Source: Eubacteriales bacterium
GTDB lineage: Bacteria; Bacillota; Clostridia; Oscillospirales; CAG-272
Assembly (NCBI GenBank): GCA_045580165.1
Contig: JAZNNG010000046.1
Span: forward strand, 831-64,830
DNA length: 64,000 nucleotides
Direction of reading: 5' to 3'
Made by a program: the position numbers and the translations under genes. Each line of letters begins with the position of its first letter. Position 1 is the stretch's first letter. Shown here in pieces: positions 58,415 to 64,000 of the stretch. Below the pieces are notes generated by a model. That model saw only the letters and a list, made by a program, of their open reading frames with translations, was not told the DNA's origin and did no database searches.

Positions 58415-58449
58415 GCAAAAGCGTTTCGGGATTTTCCTGAAACGCTTTT
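58415..58449 (+). terminator. intrinsic terminator
   Basis: aaaagcgtttcggga-ttt-tcctgaaacgctttt. Confidence 0.75.
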
Positions 58450-58450
58450 A

Positions 58451-58931
58451 CTTTGCCGCTTTTTGTAAAAAGCGGCGCAAAAACTTTATTACGCGCGCGT
58501 AGCTTTGCGAGGAGTGTTAATCTTCACCCATACCCCATTGTTTGCGGAAACTTGGATATATACGGGTGCTTCGCACCTTTGCCGCTTTTTGAAAAAAGCG
58601 GCGCAAAAACTTTGTTACGCGCGCGTAGCTTTGCGGGGAGTGTTAATCTTCACCCATACCCGTTTATTTGTGGGTATTTGGATATATTACGGTGCTTCGC
58701 ACCTTTGCCGCTTTTTGAAAAAAGCGGCGCAAAAACTTTATTACGCGCGTGTAGCTTTGCGGGGAGTGTTAATCTTCACCCATACCCCATTGTTTGCGGA
58801 AACTTGGATATATACGGGTGCTTCGCACCTTTCGCACCTTTTTGAAAAAAGGTGCCCAAAAACTTTTAAGCGCGCGTGAGGTTTTGTGGTAAATGCAATC
58901 TCCACCCATACCCCATTGTTTGCGGAAACTT
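58451..58931 (+). repeat. tandem array of ~3.8 x 126-bp palindrome-containing units
   Basis: Unit starts at 58451, 58577, 58703, 58829; each has a GCCGCTTTTT/AAAAAGCGGC-type hairpin and CACCCATACCC. Confidence 0.9.
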
Positions 58932-58970
58932 AAAAGCCTTGCGGATTTTCCGCAAGGCTTTTTGTTGGTT

Positions 58971-59888
58971 TTATTTTGATAAATACTGTTCTGCGTGGTG
59001 TACGGCAACCGCACCGTCTGCAACCGCCGTCACTATTTGACGAAGCTCCTTCGTGCGTACGTCACCAACGGCGTAAACGCCGTCGATTGCCGTCTTCGTG
59101 CTCTCGTCTGCGATAATGTAGCCGCTTGAGTCAAGCTCAAGAGCCCCCGTCAGAAATTCGGTCGCAGGTTTCCTGCCGATGCTCACGAAAATTCCGTCGC
59201 AATCGACCTGCGTCACCTCGCCCGAGATATTGTTCTTTATTTTTGCGCCGTTCACTCGCTTGTCCGAAATAAGCTCCGTGATCTCGGCGTTCCATATAAA
59301 TTCAACGTTTTTAGCCTGCATCAGCGGCTCGTGATAGACCTTTGTCGCGCGCAGAGTATCTCTGCGGTGTACGAGGTACACCTTTTTGACGAGTCTTGAC
59401 AGGTATAGAGCGTCTGCCGCGGCAGAGTTGCCGCCTCCGACAACGATTACCGCCTTGTCCTTGTAAAATCTGCCGTCACAGTGTGCGCAGTAGTGAATAC
59501 CTCTGCCGAGAAGAGTCGACTCCTTATCAAGACCAAGCTCACGGGGATTTGCTCCCGTGGAGATAACGACTGTTTTGGCGAAATAGTCGCCGCTTGTGGT
59601 TGTTATCTTCTTGATCTTACCCGAAAGCTCAACCGATGTGACCTCAGCGTATTCAGTCTTAGCGCCAAACCGTTCAGCGCCCTGTTGCATTTTCATACCG
59701 AGCGTGATACCGTCAATGCCCATATCAAAGCCGGGGTAGTTGTCAATGTCGCCCGTAAGCGCCATCTGACCGCCGACAGACATTCTTTCAAGCAACAGAG
59801 TGTCAAGTCCTGCGCGTGCCGCGTACAGAGCTGCGGTGTATCCCGACGGACCTCCGCCGATGATAAGCATATCAAAAATGTGTTCCAT
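58971..59888 (-). CDS. trxB: thioredoxin reductase
   Basis: GGGPSG, CAHC, GGGNSA, HRRD, AVGDV. Confidence 0.96.
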   Translation of the reverse strand: MEHIFDMLIIGGGPSGYTAALYAARAGLDTLLLERMSVGGQMALTGDIDNYPGFDMGIDGITLGMKMQQGAERFGAKTEYAEVTSVELSGKIKKITTTSGDYFAKTVVISTGANPRELGLDKESTLLGRGIHYCAHCDGRFYKDKAVIVVGGGNSAAADALYLSRLVKKVYLVHRRDTLRATKVYHEPLMQAKNVEFIWNAEITELISDKRVNGAKIKNNISGEVTQVDCDGIFVSIGRKPATEFLTGALELDSSGYIIADESTKTAIDGVYAVGDVRTKELRQIVTAVADGAVAVHHAEQYLSK

Positions 59889-59899
59889 AATTTTGCTAC

Positions 59900-60208
59900 T
59901 CAGTTTTCGAGCATCGCAAGGATCTGAGGCTCAGGCTTTGCGCCAACAGACCGGTTTACGACTTCGCCGTCTCTCATAACGACGAGAGTGGGTATGCTGA
60001 ACACCTCGAACTCGCTTGCAAGCTCGGGCTCGTCGTCGACGTTAACTTTACACACGAGGTATTCGGGATGTTCCTCGGCGATCTTGTCAACGATGGGAGA
60101 AACCATACGGCAAGGACCGCACCAATCGGCATAGAAGTCGATGAGGACGGTTTTTTCGCAGGATTTGATCTCATAAAAATTGTTTTGATTAAGAGTTAAT
60201 ACTGACAT
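59900..60208 (-). CDS. trxA: thioredoxin
   Basis: WCGPC, SIPT. Confidence 0.97.
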   Translation of the reverse strand: MSVLTLNQNNFYEIKSCEKTVLIDFYADWCGPCRMVSPIVDKIAEEHPEYLVCKVNVDDEPELASEFEVFSIPTLVVMRDGEVVNRSVGAKPEPQILAMLEN

Positions 60209-60240
60209 AGTAAATACCTTTCAAATTTTCATAAATAAAC

Positions 60241-60500
60241 GGGTATGGGTGGATATCACACTTACTTCAGGGCTACACGCGCAATAGCCTTCTCCCGAGG
60301 GTAGCGAAGCGCACCGAGGTGGTGAATGATATGCCTATGGCATATCAGAGCCGAGGTGTGACCGAGTCGCAATGAGACAAGGGGGACCGCGGTAGCGGTG
60401 GATGAGGAGTTTCTTTAAATTTTATGACACCTCATCCGACACTCGCGTTGCTCGTGACACCTTCTCCCGCTGGAGAAGGCAAACGGGCGGGTAGCGTCCC
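60241..60500. repeat. composite repeat region: GGGTATGGGT element plus a CCTTCTCC/GGAGAAGG inverted pair with nested insertion
   Basis: gccttctcccgagg...ggatgagg paired with cctcatcc...ccttctcccgctggagaaggc. Confidence 0.65.
60301..60378 (+). mobile_element. 78-bp miniature element, copy B
   Basis: Colinear with 6121-6198; interrupts a CCTTCTCC..GAGAAGG hairpin. Confidence 0.6.
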
Positions 60501-60502
60501 CG

Positions 60503-61204
60503 TTATTCAGCGCGGATAATGCCCATAGGGGTCTGCTCGTTGGTCTGACCGAGGGGATTGTCCTTGAGTATCTGACAGAGCACGTCGTTTGAAAGACACT
60601 TGTCGGAGGAGCCGAGGATAACGCAACCGAGATCGTTTGCGTCGATTATAGCAACCTCGATCCCGATAGCGCGCTTTATTTCAGCGGCAACCTTAGCGGG
60701 ATTCTTGGGTCCGAGTACAACGTACTGATTGTACGGGGGAAGGGTGTAGTGGCAAGGACCGTCTATACTGCGTGCTTTGTCTCCGGCTACTATATAGAAC
60801 CAGCCGCTTTTTCCAAAAAGCTTGCCAATAACCGAAACAAAAGCGGCAAACAGAATACGGATCGTGCCGCATTCACGAAGCGCCATTTCCATAGTTTCGG
60901 GCATACCGAGACCGATTCCGACGGGAGTTTTAGTAACGTGCTTGGAAAGGAATACCGCAAGCTTTCTCGGCTTAACGTCCTTTATCGGAATAGCGCGTCC
61001 CTGCGTGCAGGCAACGGCCTTTTCGCTGATAACGAGAACGTCGCCTGCCTCAGCCAAAGGCTTCGCGTACTTTTCGGCAACGTCAACGATATTGTCGCCG
61101 TTCTTTATAACGTGAGTCTTGATACAGAGTCTTCTGTAAGAGGTGTCTCCCACCTTCACCGACTTGTTTTTTCCGGGGTTTACGAATTTCTGATCGTTAT
61201 CCAT
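60503..61204 (-). CDS. coenzyme F420-0:L-glutamate ligase (CofE)-like domain protein
   Basis: ISEKAVA..QGR, IDG, AIIDANDLG, DNP.GQ..EQTP. Confidence 0.75.
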   Translation of the reverse strand: MDNDQKFVNPGKNKSVKVGDTSYRRLCIKTHVIKNGDNIVDVAEKYAKPLAEAGDVLVISEKAVACTQGRAIPIKDVKPRKLAVFLSKHVTKTPVGIGLGMPETMEMALRECGTIRILFAAFVSVIGKLFGKSGWFYIVAGDKARSIDGPCHYTLPPYNQYVVLGPKNPAKVAAEIKRAIGIEVAIIDANDLGCVILGSSDKCLSNDVLCQILKDNPLGQTNEQTPMGIIRAE

Positions 61205-61412
61205 TGGTTTATACTGCCTTTCGTAATAGATAATATTATTCCTTCATATAATCCTATATATACTATTATGATTATACCACATATTTGATGAAATTCAAGA
61301 GTGTTGACGTAGATTTTGAGATTTTGCATAATAAAATCGGCAGTTTATTGAGAGTTAATTTTGTGCATACATAAGACCAACACGCCACCGCCGAATTTCA
61401 CAAAGCAAAAAG

Positions 61413-61982
61413 GTGCCCATGACTATTACCAAGCCGACACTGACCTTTAGTAAAAGGCTTTCCCGTACACTTGACTTTATTGCCCGAATAACCTACCTCG
61501 ATATTGACGGTACCGAAAAGCTTCGCGCCTTTAACAAGACTATCGCCGAAAACACGCTTTCCGCGTGCGAGTCACACGCGGAAAGCCTCGCCACAGGGCG
61601 AAGCGGCGCGGTAGTGGCGCTTCTCGAGCCGTCGGTCACGTATTTTGACGAAGATATAATCAGCGCCAAGTACGACTTCACCGTTACAAATAACGGCGAG
61701 CTTCTTTTCCACCGCCGCTTTTGCGTAAACTATCTCATAAAATACGACTTGTTCCTGTCACCCTCGTTTTTGAGAGGACTCGGACGCACGGCGGCAGACG
61801 GATTTTACCTCACCCGTATTGACGGCGGAGTCGGCGCAATAAAGCTAAAAAGCACTCAAATGAAAGGCGGTATCAGACTTACCCGACGCAGCCAGATAGA
61901 CGAAATGGTAGACGGCACCGTAAAGCTCGTAAAAATAAAGCTTCCGCGCTACCTTGACAGAGTGGCGCGGAAGAAAAAATAA
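61413..61982 (+). CDS. hypothetical protein
   Basis: 189 aa ORF filling the intergenic space, followed by a terminator. Confidence 0.6.
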   Translation: MPMTITKPTLTFSKRLSRTLDFIARITYLDIDGTEKLRAFNKTIAENTLSACESHAESLATGRSGAVVALLEPSVTYFDEDIISAKYDFTVTNNGELLFHRRFCVNYLIKYDLFLSPSFLRGLGRTAADGFYLTRIDGGVGAIKLKSTQMKGGIRLTRRSQIDEMVDGTVKLVKIKLPRYLDRVARKKK

Positions 61983-62011
61983 AGGCACTTCCGAAAAAAC
62001 GGGAGTGCCTT
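61981..62011. terminator. bidirectional terminator
   Basis: aaaggcacttccg-aaaaaa-cgggagtgccttt. Confidence 0.8.
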
Positions 62012-62025
62012 TGCCTTAATAAATA

Positions 62026-64000
62026 TTAAAGAGCGTCGCGTCTGGAGAGATTGTATCTGCCCTTTTCGTCGGTTCCGAGGAACTTGACCTTCATAACGTC
62101 GCCTTCCTTGCAAACGTCCTCAACCTTTTCGGTACGCTTGTTGTCGAGCTTGGAGATGTGAACGAGACCTTCCTTGCCGGGAGCGATCTCAACGAAAGCA
62201 CCGATGGGGAGGATTCTCGTAACAACACCCTCGTAGATCTCGCCGGGAACGGGCTCGAATACGATAGCTTCGATTATCTGCTGGGCAGCGAGAGCGCTGT
62301 CGCGGTTAACAGCGGAAATGAATACGTTTCCGTCGTCATTGATATCGATCTTAGCGCCTGTGTCTGCAACGATCTTCTGAATAACCTTTCCGCCCGAACC
62401 GATAACCTCACGGATCTTGTCGGGGTTTATTGTCATGGATATCATTTTGGGTGCATACTCGGAAACCTCAGCGCGGGGCGCGTCGATCGCCTTGAGGATT
62501 ATCTCGTCGATGATGTAGTCACGGCCCTTGTGAGTGGTTTCAAATGCACTCTTGATGATCTCGGGTGTAAGACCGTCGATCTTGAGGTCCATCTGAATGG
62601 ACGTGATACCCTTGTGAGTACCTGCAACCTTGAAGTCCATATCGCCGAAGAAGTCTTCAACGCCCTGAATGTCTATCATAGTCATCCAGCGCTCGCCCTC
62701 GGTGATAAGACCGCAGGAGATACCTGCAACGGGAGCCTTTATCGGAACGCCTGCGTCCATAAGAGCGAGAGTAGAGCCGCAAACGGAAGCCTGAGATGTG
62801 GAGCCGTTAGAGGATACTACCTCAGAAACAAGTCTTATAGCGTAGGGGAATTCCTCGAGAGAGGGAAGCACGGGAACGAGAGAGCGTTCAGCGAGAGCAC
62901 CGTGACCGATCTCACGTCTTCCGGGGCTGCGTACAGCTTTAGCCTCGCCTACCGAGTAGCCGGGCATATTGTAGTGGTGCATATATCTCTTGGAGGTCTC
63001 CTCGTCGATACCGTCGAGCATCTGAGCGTCGCTTGCCGGACCAAGAGTTGCAACCGTGAGCACCTGAGTCTGTCCACGGGTAAAGAGTCCGCTACCGTGA
63101 GTTCTGGGGAGGAGAGAAACCTCAGCCGCGAGAGGACGGATCTCGTCAAGACGTCTTCCGTCAACACGCTTGCCCTCGTCGAGAAGCCAACGGCGAACAA
63201 CGAACTTTTGGATCTTGTAGATGATCTCTGCGATCTCTACCTGATTTTCACCTTCGGGATCGAACTTTTCGTTTACCTTGTCGGAAACAACAAGCATACG
63301 CTCGTCGCGTACTGTCTTGTCGTCCGTATCCATAGCGTACTTAACGTCGTCTATGATATAATCCTTGATCTGCTCGAAGAGATCGTGGTCAACCTCGCAG
63401 GAGGGATAAGCAAACTTGGGCTTGCCAACCTCTGCAACGATCTCGTTGATGAACTTGATAAGTCCCTTGATCTCGGCGTGAGCTATCATAATAGCCTCGA
63501 ACATATCGTCGTCGGATACTTCGTTAGCGCCTGCCTCGATCATAACTACCTTCTTTTCGCTTGCGGCAACCGTAAGCTGGAGGTCGCTCTGAGCGCGCTC
63601 CTCGAGAGTCGGATTGATTACAAACTGACCGTCGATCATACCCATGAACGCGCCGCCGATAGGTCCGTTCCACGGAATATCCGAGATGGAAAGAGCGATG
63701 GAAGCACCGATCATAGCGGTGATCTCAGGGGAGCAGTCGGGGTCAACTGACATAACCGTAAGGTTAAGGTTAACGTCGTTTCTGAGGTCCTTCGGGAAGA
63801 GAGGACGAACAGGACGGTCGATAACTCTGGAGGTAAGGATAGCCTTTTCGCTGGGCTTGCCTTCTCTCTTGAGGTAACCGCCGGGGATTCTGCCGACAGA
63901 GTACATTCTTTCCTCAAAGTCAACAGAGAGGGGAAGGAAGTCGATACCGTCGCGGGGCTTAGCGGATGCAGTAGCTGTAGCGAGGATAGCGGTATCACCG
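62026..64000 (-). CDS. pnp: polyribonucleotide nucleotidyltransferase (5' end beyond window)
   Basis: RVIDRPVRPLF, RREIGHG, SNGSTS, DMDFKVAG, KH and S1 domains; frame open to window end. Confidence 0.97.
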   Translation of the reverse strand, partial: GDTAILATATASAKPRDGIDFLPLSVDFEERMYSVGRIPGGYLKREGKPSEKAILTSRVIDRPVRPLFPKDLRNDVNLNLTVMSVDPDCSPEITAMIGASIALSISDIPWNGPIGGAFMGMIDGQFVINPTLEERAQSDLQLTVAASEKKVVMIEAGANEVSDDDMFEAIMIAHAEIKGLIKFINEIVAEVGKPKFAYPSCEVDHDLFEQIKDYIIDDVKYAMDTDDKTVRDERMLVVSDKVNEKFDPEGENQVEIAEIIYKIQKFVVRRWLLDEGKRVDGRRLDEIRPLAAEVSLLPRTHGSGLFTRGQTQVLTVATLGPASDAQMLDGIDEETSKRYMHHYNMPGYSVGEAKAVRSPGRREIGHGALAERSLVPVLPSLEEFPYAIRLVSEVVSSNGSTSQASVCGSTLALMDAGVPIKAPVAGISCGLITEGERWMTMIDIQGVEDFFGDMDFKVAGTHKGITSIQMDLKIDGLTPEIIKSAFETTHKGRDYIIDEIILKAIDAPRAEVSEYAPKMISMTINPDKIREVIGSGGKVIQKIVADTGAKIDINDDGNVFISAVNRDSALAAQQIIEAIVFEPVPGEIYEGVVTRILPIGAFVEIAPGKEGLVHISKLDNKRTEKVEDVCKEGDVMKVKFLGTDEKGRYNLSRRDAL

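Noticed and set aside
58453-58879. Repetitive ORFs of 130 and 124 aa
   Set aside because: They arise from a repeat period divisible by 3; no RBS or protein-like features
58451-58931. CRISPR array
   Set aside because: The whole 126-bp unit repeats with near-identical 'spacers', and there are no cas genes in the window
62158-63750. 530-aa ORF antisense to pnp (likewise 46535-47710, 38343-39278, 54448-55326)
   Set aside because: Shadow ORFs caused by codon bias of well-conserved genes on the opposite strand

Overview
64 kb of chromosome from a spore-forming Firmicute, most likely a Clostridia-class gut anaerobe (alpha/beta SASP, Met T-box, glmS ribozyme, dockerin-like protein, sigma-A promoters). 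The backbone is housekeeping: rnpB, three tRNAs, coaE, tyrS, class I lysS, metA/metY, gpsA, glmM/glmS, trxAB and pnp. It contains two catabolic clusters of unknown substrate. The best candidate for an undescribed system is the 9-gene minus-strand operon at 12303-22852. There an AllF/AllG/AllH-like trio (FdrA, DUF1116, DUF2877) is coupled to a variant acetate-kinase-family enzyme instead of carbamate kinase. The operon also encodes an IlvD/Edd dehydratase and an SdhA-like flavoprotein, both with altered active-site motifs, plus an Eda aldolase, an SDR and an amidohydrolase, next to a regulator with reversed LacI-sensor/C-terminal HTH architecture. The second cluster (25999-35569) combines IolB/PfkB/aldolase, a fucose-isomerase-like enzyme, an FGGY kinase, an FAD oxidase, an Fe-S protein and a fused ETF. 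Intergenic DNA carries several families of small palindromic elements (GTAG REP-like units, a 126-bp tandem/dispersed unit, tRNA-anchored elements, and a 78-bp element nested inside other repeats), and there are several deletion or nonsense pseudogenes. All calls come from motif recognition by eye; no searches were run.
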